Shown: positions 10,362 through 19,145, counted from the stretch's first letter. The stretch: 64,000 nt of DNA from Patescibacteria group bacterium (GCA_035510735.1 DATKGN010000006.1:1429-65428), one strand, 5' to 3'. Made by a program: numbers and translations. Notes: generated by a model not told the origin, from the sequence alone.

Positions 10362-11138
10362 ATGAATGACGATCAATTAAGTTTAACAAAGAAGAAATTT
10401 CCGATACTGTTTTCCTTTTCTCAAGATTACACAGGCAGTGATTACAATGACATCAGGCAATTATTTAGAGATAAGCCAGTCTTAATTTTTGGTGAAGACT
10501 ACTGGTCAAAATATGAGCAATCCCTTCAATCTTTAACTGAAAAAGACAAACAATATTTGTTCGGTAAACTTAAAACCTTAACTAAAAGAATTGATGAAAA
10601 GGCGGGTTGGCCTCATTTCGAAGAAAGACTAAATGAAGCATTGGCTTATAGATATCTTCAAAAAAATGGTTACAAAAAAATACGGTTTATTGACGAAAAC
10701 ACTAAGAATGGACGAAAACCAGATTTAGAAATCCTAAATGCGAATGACTCACTTAATGGACTAGTGGAGGTAAAAACCATTAGATTCTCCCTTGACGAAT
10801 ATGCAGCCGTCAAAAAGGAATTAGAAACAGGTAAAGGAAGATTTTTGCCAATGCAAGTGAACAAAAATCTTTATAAAAAAATTACCGATGATCTAGATAA
10901 AGCAGTAAAACAACTGACTTACCAGGGTTCCGCATCAATATCTTTACGGAGAATTTATCTTTTTCTTAATTTAGACGCCGGAGTCTTAATGGATCTCATA
11001 TTTACCCCAGATAGCGATTTACAAAACTTTATTTGTCAAACTAAAAAAACTTTGGATAAGAATAATCATATTGACTTAAAAACGTATTTACTTGGTGGTA
11101 TTCCCGGAGAGCCAAAAGAGCTCAAATGCAAAGGCTAA
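10362..11138 (+). CDS. hypothetical protein with PD-(D/E)xK-like motif
   Basis: GRKPDLEIL...GLVEVKTI resembles a PD..(D/E)xK restriction-endonuclease-fold core; starts 4 nt after the AbiV-like gene. Confidence 0.4.
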   Translation: MNDDQLSLTKKKFPILFSFSQDYTGSDYNDIRQLFRDKPVLIFGEDYWSKYEQSLQSLTEKDKQYLFGKLKTLTKRIDEKAGWPHFEERLNEALAYRYLQKNGYKKIRFIDENTKNGRKPDLEILNANDSLNGLVEVKTIRFSLDEYAAVKKELETGKGRFLPMQVNKNLYKKITDDLDKAVKQLTYQGSASISLRRIYLFLNLDAGVLMDLIFTPDSDLQNFICQTKKTLDKNNHIDLKTYLLGGIPGEPKELKCKG

Positions 11139-11165
11139 TCCTGCGTTGATGTATACTATTCCTGT

Positions 11166-11390
11166 ATGCTTAACCCACAGGATGAAAAGACTAGGCAGGA
11201 CATTGCGTCGAAATTGAAAAAGTACCGTCTCAAAAAAGGCTTGTTTCAAACCGATGTAGCTAAGAAAGCTGGTTTGAACAGCAATTTTTACTCGAAAGTT
11301 GAACGCGGTGATGCTATTCCATCTGTGATTACACTTAAAAAGATTTTGGGGGCGCTTGGGGTTAAATCTTCAGAAATTCTCTCGTTTTAA
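11166..11390 (+). CDS. XRE-family helix-turn-helix transcriptional regulator
   Basis: Classic HTH_3 pattern LKKYRLKKGLFQTDVAKKAGLNSNFYSKVERGDAIPSVITLKKI. Confidence 0.75.
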   Translation: MLNPQDEKTRQDIASKLKKYRLKKGLFQTDVAKKAGLNSNFYSKVERGDAIPSVITLKKILGALGVKSSEILSF

Positions 11391-11608
11391 TTCTTCTTCA
11401 TTTCTATCTCGTGCAGAAGTTCTTTGTATTCCTTTTCAAGTTCTTCCGGTTCAAAATGAGCCATGGTGTGATAATGGGCTTTGAGATGCTCCAGTAAAGC
11501 CATCGCCATTTCCGGTGTAGCATGTTCGGGGTCAGTGGCTTTCAAAAATTTGAGAACACCGTCGATATCTTTTTCGTTTAACTGATACCCACCTGTCTTT
11601 GTCGTCAT
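11387..11608 (-). CDS. small hypothetical protein downstream of serine recombinase
   Basis: 73-aa ORF, helical/acidic composition, co-oriented 8 nt downstream of the recombinase. Confidence 0.35.
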   Translation of the reverse strand: MTTKTGGYQLNEKDIDGVLKFLKATDPEHATPEMAMALLEHLKAHYHTMAHFEPEELEKEYKELLHEIEMKKN

Positions 11609-11616
11609 GCGAGTTA

Positions 11617-13086
11617 TTATACCTCAAATAAGGGATTAATTTTTGGATAGCTCAATCCGGGATAATTCCAAACGAAACCGCGTGGAAATATGGTACTTAA
11701 AATTGCTTTTTGATTATCAACGGATATATGCATATATGTGTTGTATATATTCTCTAGATTGGAATTCATATATGTAATACAGGTTGAAAGCGTATATTCC
11801 TGTAGAAAAGATTTTTTAATCGATAACTTTATTCGGTCAATATTATCGCTCAATAGCGCGTTTTGCTCGCAAAATACCTCGTCTGTATAGAGACCGGATA
11901 AATGTTTATGGACGAGGTTCGTTCGCATAGCGATAAGTTTGCCTACGAGTTGTTCTCTTTTTGCCTTATACATCCTGATTTTCGAGTACCGTCTTTCATA
12001 TTCCTCCTGTAGGAGTTTATAAATAATCACACGACCAAGCTTGGACAGCTTCATTCTCGTTAATAGTGACTTTAATAACTTATGGAGCTTTTCGGCCGGT
12101 ACATACGGCGAATGACACAATTGCGATTTGTAACACCAATAATATGGATACTTCTTCAAGTGACCACTACACCATGAGCCGGTAAATCCGAGTCCGCATT
12201 TTCCGCACTTTACTATTCGACGTAATGGAAAATCAACATTCGGTGGATTTCGAAGCACCAAGGATGGTTTATTATGTCGACCGTCGAGTATTGCCTGAAC
12301 TTTCTCAAACAGCTCTTTTGAAACCATAGGCTCATGTTGCCCGTGGACCTCTTCGTTGTATCGCTTGGAAACAAGAAAACCGGCATAAAATTTTGAGCGA
12401 AATATCCGGTGTACCGTTTGACGCCGGATAAGATACTTTTGGTTGTTAATAGTGGTTCGTAATCCCCAAGAATTCATGATGTTCGTCATCTCACGAAGTG
12501 ACTTTGTACCCGTGGCCATCAATTCCCAGGCTTTTTTCACCTGATCCCAGACTTTGGTATCTTTAAAGACATATCCTTCATGGCGGATATATCCTAATTG
12601 TGCCTTTCCGGAACAAAGCAATCCTGATTGAAACCGTGCGTGCATACCGTTTCTTGCACGCTCACTTTTCATCTCATTATCAAGTTGTGCAATTCCTGCA
12701 TAAAAATTACCAATGAATTTGCCCATAGGAGTATCATCAACCGGCTCTGTTGCTGAAATAAGTTTAATTCCCATTCTATTCAGTTTCTCCTTTATGATGA
12801 GGTAGTCTGTCATCTGCCGAGACAAACGATCGGTTTTGTAAAATACAACAGCCTGAACATCTTTTGTATGCCGTCGGCAATATTCGAGAAGTTTGATCAG
12901 TTCAATTCTACCTGTGATAGTTTTTGCGGATTTTCCTTCTTCACGATATACCTGCGTAACGACATAACCTAACCGATCAGTTTCGCGCCTGCACACTTCT
13001 TCCTGTGTGCCCATAGAATAGTTATCGACCTGTTCCTCTGTTGATACCCGAAGATAAAGAATTGCTTGTTTTTGTGTTAGTTTCAT
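11617..13086 (-). CDS. large serine recombinase (resolvase/integrase family)
   Basis: N-terminal resolvase domain with catalytic Ser (YLRVSTEEQ), DRLSR motif, recombinase domain and C-terminal zinc ribbon (CGKCG...WCSGH...YWCYKSQLC). Confidence 0.85.
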   Translation of the reverse strand: MKLTQKQAILYLRVSTEEQVDNYSMGTQEEVCRRETDRLGYVVTQVYREEGKSAKTITGRIELIKLLEYCRRHTKDVQAVVFYKTDRLSRQMTDYLIIKEKLNRMGIKLISATEPVDDTPMGKFIGNFYAGIAQLDNEMKSERARNGMHARFQSGLLCSGKAQLGYIRHEGYVFKDTKVWDQVKKAWELMATGTKSLREMTNIMNSWGLRTTINNQKYLIRRQTVHRIFRSKFYAGFLVSKRYNEEVHGQHEPMVSKELFEKVQAILDGRHNKPSLVLRNPPNVDFPLRRIVKCGKCGLGFTGSWCSGHLKKYPYYWCYKSQLCHSPYVPAEKLHKLLKSLLTRMKLSKLGRVIIYKLLQEEYERRYSKIRMYKAKREQLVGKLIAMRTNLVHKHLSGLYTDEVFCEQNALLSDNIDRIKLSIKKSFLQEYTLSTCITYMNSNLENIYNTYMHISVDNQKAILSTIFPRGFVWNYPGLSYPKINPLFEV

Positions 13087-13265
13087 ACGTCTATATTAGT
13101 AAGTAGTTCATCAAGTGTTTTTCCTTCAAATATTTGCTGTTCTACAGTATTGAGCCAAACATCAACCAAATATTGTAGTTCGGAAATAGTTGTTTGAATT
13201 TCGTCGTCATTCATCTGAATGCCGTCTTTCTGTAACAGTTCGCGGATTTCGTCTAATTTATCCAT
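13083..13265 (-). CDS. small acidic hypothetical protein (possible recombination directionality/accessory factor)
   Basis: 60-aa ORF overlapping the recombinase start by 4 nt, 3 nt downstream of the PLD gene. Confidence 0.35.
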   Translation of the reverse strand: MDKLDEIRELLQKDGIQMNDDEIQTTISELQYLVDVWLNTVEQQIFEGKTLDELLTNIDV

Positions 13266-13268
13266 AGT

Positions 13269-13766
13269 TCAATAAATAAATCTACTTAATTTTAGATACT
13301 CAAACATTTCTTGTGACATACTGCTACTTTGGATTCTGCGCATTATTTCACGGCTGCACGTTTGGGAGAGAATGTTGAGGCTACCTTCCCAGAGTACTTT
13401 CCGATCAATGATAGCCAGTTTCCGGTGGGAGTATTCGTTGCTGATTAATACTTGGATTCCCATTGTTTCAAATTGCCTGATCTCACATTCAGCCTGTCGT
13501 TTGAGATTAGGATCGTGGTCGTCCGGATCACGGGTAATAACGTAAACTTTGACTTTCCTTCGAACCAGCTCCGCAAAGACCGCTGTCAGATGAAATACGC
13601 GTTGGGAGGTAATGAATGGGCTTTCGATGATAACTTCCGTTCTGGAGCGTTTAAGATCGGCTATAAACCGTTTGTAGAACGTGGTCTCGTCGAACAGTTG
13701 AGATTGGACAAGGTCGGGTGACAGATGGAACAGTTTTTTAACACCAGACAGGACAAGGTTATTCAT
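13269..13766 (-). CDS. phospholipase D-family (single HKD) nuclease, Nuc-like
   Basis: Exact HxKx4Dx6GSxN motif (HRKLAIIDRKVLWEGSLN); 165 aa like dimeric Nuc/BfiI-type endonucleases; RBS AAGGAGG 4 nt upstream of ATG. Confidence 0.7.
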   Translation of the reverse strand: MNNLVLSGVKKLFHLSPDLVQSQLFDETTFYKRFIADLKRSRTEVIIESPFITSQRVFHLTAVFAELVRRKVKVYVITRDPDDHDPNLKRQAECEIRQFETMGIQVLISNEYSHRKLAIIDRKVLWEGSLNILSQTCSREIMRRIQSSSMSQEMFEYLKLSRFIY

Positions 13767-13908
13767 GATCCTCCTTTTTCCCGTTTAAATCGGGTATAAT
13801 AACAATAACTTTGCCGTCACAGTAGGTAAATCCGAGTTTCTGAAGTTTTTCGTACGTAGCCAGGAGACTTGGGAGTATAGTGTTCCACCTACGGGACAGC
13901 TCGCTCAC
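13759..13908 (-). CDS. candidate small ORF (49 aa, GTG start) overlapping the PLD start
   Basis: Protein-like translation VSELSRRWNTILPSLLATYEKLQKLGFTYCDGKVIVIIPDLNGKKEDHE; no SD; below ORF-track length cutoff. Confidence 0.2.
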   Translation of the reverse strand: MSELSRRWNTILPSLLATYEKLQKLGFTYCDGKVIVIIPDLNGKKEDHE

Positions 13909-13947
13909 AAAGAAATTGAGGTTAATTATTCAGTATTGAATTTAGGT

Positions 13948-14142
13948 TTAATAGGGTTGGGTAATACTCGTTGGTTCTATAACCATAAATCTACTTAGAG
14001 GATTCGTAAATACTTCCGGAATATTATCTGGCACACACCACCATCCGCAGGTAAGAGTATTTCCTTTCGGACCAATTTCACCCAAACTCTTCGGTAAAAC
14101 GGTGCCGATCTCATTTAGAAAATCCATATCTTCCTGAGTCAA
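13948..14142 (-). CDS. hypothetical, probably the 3' part of a frameshifted PRTase-like gene
   Basis: TTG-start 64-aa ORF; its frame stays open and protein-like upstream into the 216-aa ORF region. Confidence 0.3.
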   Translation of the reverse strand: MTQEDMDFLNEIGTVLPKSLGEIGPKGNTLTCGWWCVPDNIPEVFTNPLSRFMVIEPTSITQPY

Positions 14143-14789
14143 TACATCCTCAAGTAACGGAATTTTTTGAGAATCTGCAACCCATACGTCAACATAATTC
14201 TCTTTAGCCTTTTCTCTGCCCAGGCACTTGAATACAATACGTATGCGTGAACTTTAGGATATCGTCCTTTACCAGAAGCCTCCCAGACAAGATCGAGTAT
14301 CTGATTCTTGACATGGGCAGTAGAAATTAACCAGTCTTCAATAATGTATAAATTGGTTTTTCCTCTGATCATTTTCGGTGTCACGCTAAGCCCTTCGCCT
14401 GTTGATATTTCGCTTGCTGCTTTTTTCAACCCCAGACCGCATAATTGTTCGTAAATCCAATGGCTACTCCTGCTAACAGGAAAATAGATGTAATGAAATG
14501 GCCCCTCTTGAGCTTTTTCGGTTAATGCAACCGCCATTTTTTTTAGATTCGTATCAAATGATTCTTTACTGATAAAATGGAATCCGTCTGCTAATCTATT
14601 AAGAAAAAGCTCCGGTGGGTTTGCTTCTAATATCGCCGTGGCACCCTGAACACTCCTGTCATAGGTTGTTGGAATATGTTTGTCTAGCAGAATCTGCGCA
14701 AATTGTTGAGGAGTTAAAGGCTCATTTGGAATAGGCAGTCGATCAGCTAGTCTACCTGAGTTCTCTACTCTGTAGGTTTGTTCTGCCAT
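14139..14789 (-). CDS. phosphoribosyltransferase (PRTase type I)-like domain protein, possibly disrupted
   Basis: NLYIIEDWLISTAHV resembles the PRPP-binding motif (cf. pyrE in this window, NVLVIEDLVSTGKS) but with Gly/Lys replaced. Confidence 0.35.
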   Translation of the reverse strand: MAEQTYRVENSGRLADRLPIPNEPLTPQQFAQILLDKHIPTTYDRSVQGATAILEANPPELFLNRLADGFHFISKESFDTNLKKMAVALTEKAQEGPFHYIYFPVSRSSHWIYEQLCGLGLKKAASEISTGEGLSVTPKMIRGKTNLYIIEDWLISTAHVKNQILDLVWEASGKGRYPKVHAYVLYSSAWAEKRLKRIMLTYGLQILKKFRYLRMY

Positions 14790-14907
14790 AAATTATTTAT
14801 AATTCGTGAAAATTTTGTTGCTCATAGAGAGTATAGATGATTTTAGCACCCAGGATCAACACCTATGAACGCGTACTGATGAAACGAAAAGATAAAACTC
14901 CAAAAAA

Positions 14908-15408
14908 TTAAAATCTCTCAAGAAAGCCGAAATGATCGTATTTATTAAGTAGACTATTAACACCTCTTTCGCCCTCGCTGAGACCGTCAATCTTTTCTAA
15001 AGGTGGTAACTCGAGAGTTGTTTTATGGGGTCGTAATCCCGATTCAATAACTACGTTTTCGGCAGCTAATATATGAAAACTTGTGATCTGCTTACTCTCT
15101 TTTAGTATACCTTGATTCATAGACCTTTCGAGCGCATGGATGAGACGCGAATAATATTCCATAAGCTGGATTGAATTTTGATCTCCACTGCTTGCCAATT
15201 CATCGACAACTCCTACCCCTCCACTCTCATGGATAAGAAGGGAAACGACGGAAAGTTCCTCAAAACGAGGATGACGAAGAATTTCAAGTATTCGGGGATA
15301 CGGATCTGACATTCCATCTCTTTTAACGTTTCTAGAATAGCGTTTTATGGTGCTAACTGTTGTAGTGCCATCAAAGTTTGGAAACGCAAGGTCAATTTGC
15401 TTACGCAT
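14908..15408 (-). CDS. hypothetical protein
   Basis: 166-aa ORF, no recognised motif. Confidence 0.35.
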   Translation of the reverse strand: MRKQIDLAFPNFDGTTTVSTIKRYSRNVKRDGMSDPYPRILEILRHPRFEELSVVSLLIHESGGVGVVDELASSGDQNSIQLMEYYSRLIHALERSMNQGILKESKQITSFHILAAENVVIESGLRPHKTTLELPPLEKIDGLSEGERGVNSLLNKYDHFGFLERF

Positions 15409-15485
15409 TTAAATATTATAGGATTATACAGATTATAAAGCAAATTCTGCCTTCGCTCCGAATATCTCGATTTGAAATAATTTAG

Positions 15486-15530
15486 GCGGGATTGGTTCAG
15501 GGTTCGAATCTCCCGCGTGCGGGATCTCGC
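15486..15530 (+). other. tRNA-like fragment: T-arm consensus GGTTCGAATC inside a GCGGGAT...TCCCGC mini-hairpin, followed by a second GCGGGAT
   Basis: Canonical T-loop sequence GGTTCGAATC is present, but D and anticodon arms are missing and the 7-nt acceptor partner is absent upstream; lies at the junction between AT-rich island and core genes. Confidence 0.3.
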
Positions 15531-15590
15531 TTCGCTCAATACGACGTGTTTCGCTTGCTCAACCGTGCGGGCTCACAAGAGAAGGTGTGA

Positions 15591-17252
15591 TCATTTGCTT
15601 GCTTCCAAAAAACGGTAGGCGAGGGAATCGTCGCTTCGATGGATTTCGGCTACGGTATGAAACCCCGGCAAGACCGGGCATTTTCCATAATCGACAAACA
15701 AAACGTGCCCTGAATATACGGCACCGTCCGTTTTGGTCGGACACTCGCTCTCCACGAATGAAATAGTGCCAAGTTGGTCCAGCCGCATATCATCTCTGAA
15801 TTTACCAATGATATTTGCGCTGAAATTTTTCGTATAAAACGCATAATACAAAGGGAACCTGTCGTACACGGGCGCCACAATGCGGGTATATTGGCCGACT
15901 TTTTGCTTCATGAGGGTAACCGCTTCACGGTCGCCGTCGTTTCGAAATACGCTGTCGGTCTTGTCTGAATGAGCATAGTACTGGTTCCAAAAATAGATGC
16001 TTTCGAGTGCGACACAGGAGATAAGGATGCCGCTCAAAAACTTCGGGTGTTTGATCAGTCCAACTAATCCTTCAAATCCGATTCCTGCCAATACGAGCAG
16101 CGGAAAAACCATGGTCAACGAGCGGTGCGCATGAGGTGAAAAATCGACGGTTAATGCGGCTGCAATAGGCGCGATGAGAAGTAAGTACAGGATAAATACG
16201 AGCGGAAATCGGGACTTTGCGGGAGGACGCCAAAAACAAACACCCAAAAAAAGCGGGATAAGCGATAAATAGATTAAGCCCTGCTCGGGCACGTTAAAAT
16301 AGCGATATTGCCCGCCCGATAGCAAAAAAAGGTATGACGGCGAGAAATACGACAGATACTGCGTAAAAAACTCACGGGTATACAAAACGATTTTATTATG
16401 AAAAACGCGCGCCTGCAGAATATGACCCTGCCCCAACTGGTCAGACAGCATCCGTCCCCTGGCTGCAACCCCAGCCGCGACGTCCGGACTCGTAAATAAC
16501 CCGGTCTGCCGGAGCCTCGCCTGTCCCCACACAGTCGATGCAATGGCGAGCGTGACGGCAAACAAAACGACGGTCAGGGTCAGCAGATGACGGCGCATGT
16601 TATTGTTTTTCCGGATAGCGTCAAAAACAAAGGGGACAAGGGTAAGAGGCGCAATGATGCGATACGAAGGATAGAGAAAATACGTTACGAACAACAGGAA
16701 TCCCGCAAACCATATGGTTTTTATGTCCTTCCGTTCATACCCTACGACCAGATAATACGCGGCCCATACGTAGATAAATAATCCTAAAATTCCCTCCGAC
16801 GTGGTTCGTGACAAAACGACGCTCCACGGGGTAACAGCCAAGAGAAATGCGCTTACCAGTCCCGCGCGCTTGCTGCCCATCACGGCGTGCACAAATGCAA
16901 ACAGCGGGAAAATGGTCAGCGCGCCCGCAAGGGCGATCGGGAATCTACCAGCAAATTCATTAATACCAAAGACGAAGGTCGAAAGACCGGAAACATAGAA
17001 TGGAATGACCGGTGGATAGTCGCCGAATTTATTAAAGTAGAGCAACGGGAAAAAATTGCCGTACACGTCTTTCCCGTGGGTAAGAATAAAACGACCGATG
17101 TAGGTGTTCGTCATTTCCTCGACGTAAAATCCGTGCGGCAGGATTCCCAGTTTGAACAGCCGCATAAAACACGCGAGGAAAAAAATAATAAGGAGAACCT
17201 GAAAGTCCCGGGTTTTTAGCAGTTTAATGATTTTTTCCATATTTACCGGCAT
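15591..17252 (-). CDS. membrane glycosyltransferase of the ArnT/PMT (GT39/GT83-like) family
   Basis: 553 aa, many TM segments, N-terminal loop region typical of 4-amino-arabinose / dolichyl-phosphate-mannose transferase family. Confidence 0.55.
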   Translation of the reverse strand: MPVNMEKIIKLLKTRDFQVLLIIFFLACFMRLFKLGILPHGFYVEEMTNTYIGRFILTHGKDVYGNFFPLLYFNKFGDYPPVIPFYVSGLSTFVFGINEFAGRFPIALAGALTIFPLFAFVHAVMGSKRAGLVSAFLLAVTPWSVVLSRTTSEGILGLFIYVWAAYYLVVGYERKDIKTIWFAGFLLFVTYFLYPSYRIIAPLTLVPFVFDAIRKNNNMRRHLLTLTVVLFAVTLAIASTVWGQARLRQTGLFTSPDVAAGVAARGRMLSDQLGQGHILQARVFHNKIVLYTREFFTQYLSYFSPSYLFLLSGGQYRYFNVPEQGLIYLSLIPLFLGVCFWRPPAKSRFPLVFILYLLLIAPIAAALTVDFSPHAHRSLTMVFPLLVLAGIGFEGLVGLIKHPKFLSGILISCVALESIYFWNQYYAHSDKTDSVFRNDGDREAVTLMKQKVGQYTRIVAPVYDRFPLYYAFYTKNFSANIIGKFRDDMRLDQLGTISFVESECPTKTDGAVYSGHVLFVDYGKCPVLPGFHTVAEIHRSDDSLAYRFLEASK

Positions 17253-17459
17253 TGTACATCAGGGTGGTCCGAAAACATATGCCAGTGTTTCTCCTTCCAT
17301 AGAGTACTTGATACGGTCAAGTAATTATGGCGGAATACGCAGTGTTCCAAATCTTGATACGTTGATGCAATAACAGAAAACACACCGTATATCATGATAA
17401 TGCTTCAGATTGACAAAGTGTTTTGTTGTACTGTAGATTACAGAAGAAAGGAATCCTCT

Positions 17460-17882
17460 ATGAAAACAGATAACAAGAAGACCACGACATTCACACAGGG
17501 GGAACGGGACGCCATGAAGGCGCGCGTCCAGGAACTGCGTGGGGCCGAGGTGGACGGAGAAAAAGTAGTACTCGCGAAGATCGCCGAGATGAAAGAACCG
17601 GATCACGCCATGGCTAAACAGCTCCATGCAATCGTCAAAGCCAGTACCCCAGGCCTCACCCCGAGGCTCTGGTACGGGATGCCCGCGTATGCCAAGAACG
17701 GCAAGGTTGTCTGTTTCTTCCAAAGCGGTGCTAAGTTCAAAACGAGGTACGCGACGTTGGGCTTCAGCGACGCGGCAAAACTCGATGACGACGCTATGTG
17801 GCCAACCGCCTCTGCGCTAACGAAGTTGACTGCAGCCGAAGAGGCAAGGATTGCCGCACTCGTGAAGAGGGCGGTTAGCTAA
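17460..17882 (+). CDS. DUF1801 (YdhG-like) domain protein
   Basis: ATG 17460 with AAGGA upstream; WYGMPAY..GKVVCFF pattern; GC-rich. Confidence 0.5.
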   Translation: MKTDNKKTTTFTQGERDAMKARVQELRGAEVDGEKVVLAKIAEMKEPDHAMAKQLHAIVKASTPGLTPRLWYGMPAYAKNGKVVCFFQSGAKFKTRYATLGFSDAAKLDDDAMWPTASALTKLTAAEEARIAALVKRAVS

Positions 17883-17898
17883 AGAAAGGAAATCAAAT

Positions 17899-18282
17899 AT
17901 GTCTAACAAAGTTATGAGTAAACCAATGAATATTCTGCTATGGGTGCTTCAGATTTTACTAGCCTTCTACAATGCCGTAGGGGGTATCTATATGATAGGG
18001 CATTACAAAATACTTGCCTATCTGTGGATCGTTAATGCTTTGCCCGCACCGGCTTGGGTAGCCCTTGGTGTACTTCAAGTCCTATTTGCGTTGGGTTTAG
18101 TTTTGCCCGGATCTCGACTGAAGCTACCCAAATTCACCCCCATCTCAGCGGTTGGCTTAGCCATCATATCGCTCTTGGGCAGTATGCTATACGATGCATA
18201 CGCCGGCTCAGGCATGATCTGGGTGGTGGTGCCTGCCGCTTTACTTACCTTCGTGGCATATGAGAGAGGACGCTCAAAGTAA
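17899..18282 (+). CDS. small integral membrane protein (DoxX-like?)
   Basis: 127 aa with 3-4 hydrophobic helices. Confidence 0.4.
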   Translation: MSNKVMSKPMNILLWVLQILLAFYNAVGGIYMIGHYKILAYLWIVNALPAPAWVALGVLQVLFALGLVLPGSRLKLPKFTPISAVGLAIISLLGSMLYDAYAGSGMIWVVVPAALLTFVAYERGRSK

Positions 18283-18296
18283 AGGTAAAACATAAC

Positions 18297-18671
18297 ATGA
18301 AACCGGAAGAACAAATAGATGAACTCATTGCAGGACTGAACGACTGGCGAGGAGCGATGCTTGCAAAACTACGCAAAATCATTCTTGATGCTGACCCCAA
18401 GATAATCGAAGAGTGGAAATGGATGGGTTCTCCGTGTTGGTCAAAAGGCGGGCTCATCTGTGTGGCGAACGCGCACAAGGATAAGGTAAAAGTGACCTTT
18501 TCTCAGGGCGCAAACATCCCCGATCCGGACAAGCTCTTTAACAACGGACTTGAAGGCAATAAATGGCGGGCGATTGATCTCTACGAGGGCGATACAATCA
18601 ATGAGCGTTCACTGAAAAACCTCATCCGTGCGGCCGCGGCCCACAACATTGCAAAAAAATCGACAAAGTGA
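18297..18671 (+). CDS. DUF1801 (YdhG-like) domain protein, paralogue of 17460..17882
   Basis: WKWMGSPCW..GLICVAN mirrors WYGMPAY..KVVCFF of the upstream gene. Confidence 0.5.
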   Translation: MKPEEQIDELIAGLNDWRGAMLAKLRKIILDADPKIIEEWKWMGSPCWSKGGLICVANAHKDKVKVTFSQGANIPDPDKLFNNGLEGNKWRAIDLYEGDTINERSLKNLIRAAAAHNIAKKSTK

Positions 18672-18767
18672 CCCACTTCGAGATGACAGGTTCAATAGTT
18701 TAGGCCGTCATAATGGCCTATAATTTGATCTTCCTCGGCGAAAATGATATAATTTTAGCCTCACTAT

Positions 18768-19145
18768 ATGGCAAACGAGACGCTAGATTTAGCTCCGAGA
18801 CAGCCGGCAATCGCTCCGGAGAAACTCCTTCTCCCCAATGGGCTATACGCAAACAAATACTCGCTTCAGCAATTAGCCTTTGATGGAGGTCTTCCTGTGC
18901 CGGAAATAATAACAGAACAACAGCTGGCGGAAAACGACATAAGACGGAAAAAGGCATACGACAAAGACCCGGATGAATTTTATACTAACTACTGGCAGTA
19001 CAGTGTGTATTGTCGGGGCTTTTTCGAGCAGCCGGTCGATATGTGGACTGTTGATACCCTTCCGACGAATAGTGATTATGCATCTGCAGATAAGCCGGCG
19101 TTTCAAAAAATGATGAAGGACGCAAGTAACAAAGCCTTCTCTTAA
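18768..19145 (+). CDS. hypothetical protein
   Basis: 125-aa ORF, no recognised motif. Confidence 0.35.
   Translation: MANETLDLAPRQPAIAPEKLLLPNGLYANKYSLQQLAFDGGLPVPEIITEQQLAENDIRRKKAYDKDPDEFYTNYWQYSVYCRGFFEQPVDMWTVDTLPTNSDYASADKPAFQKMMKDASNKAFS

Noticed and set aside
17325-17723. 132-aa minus-strand ORF
   Set aside because: Antisense to the DUF1801 gene in a GC-rich region, where long spurious ORFs are common
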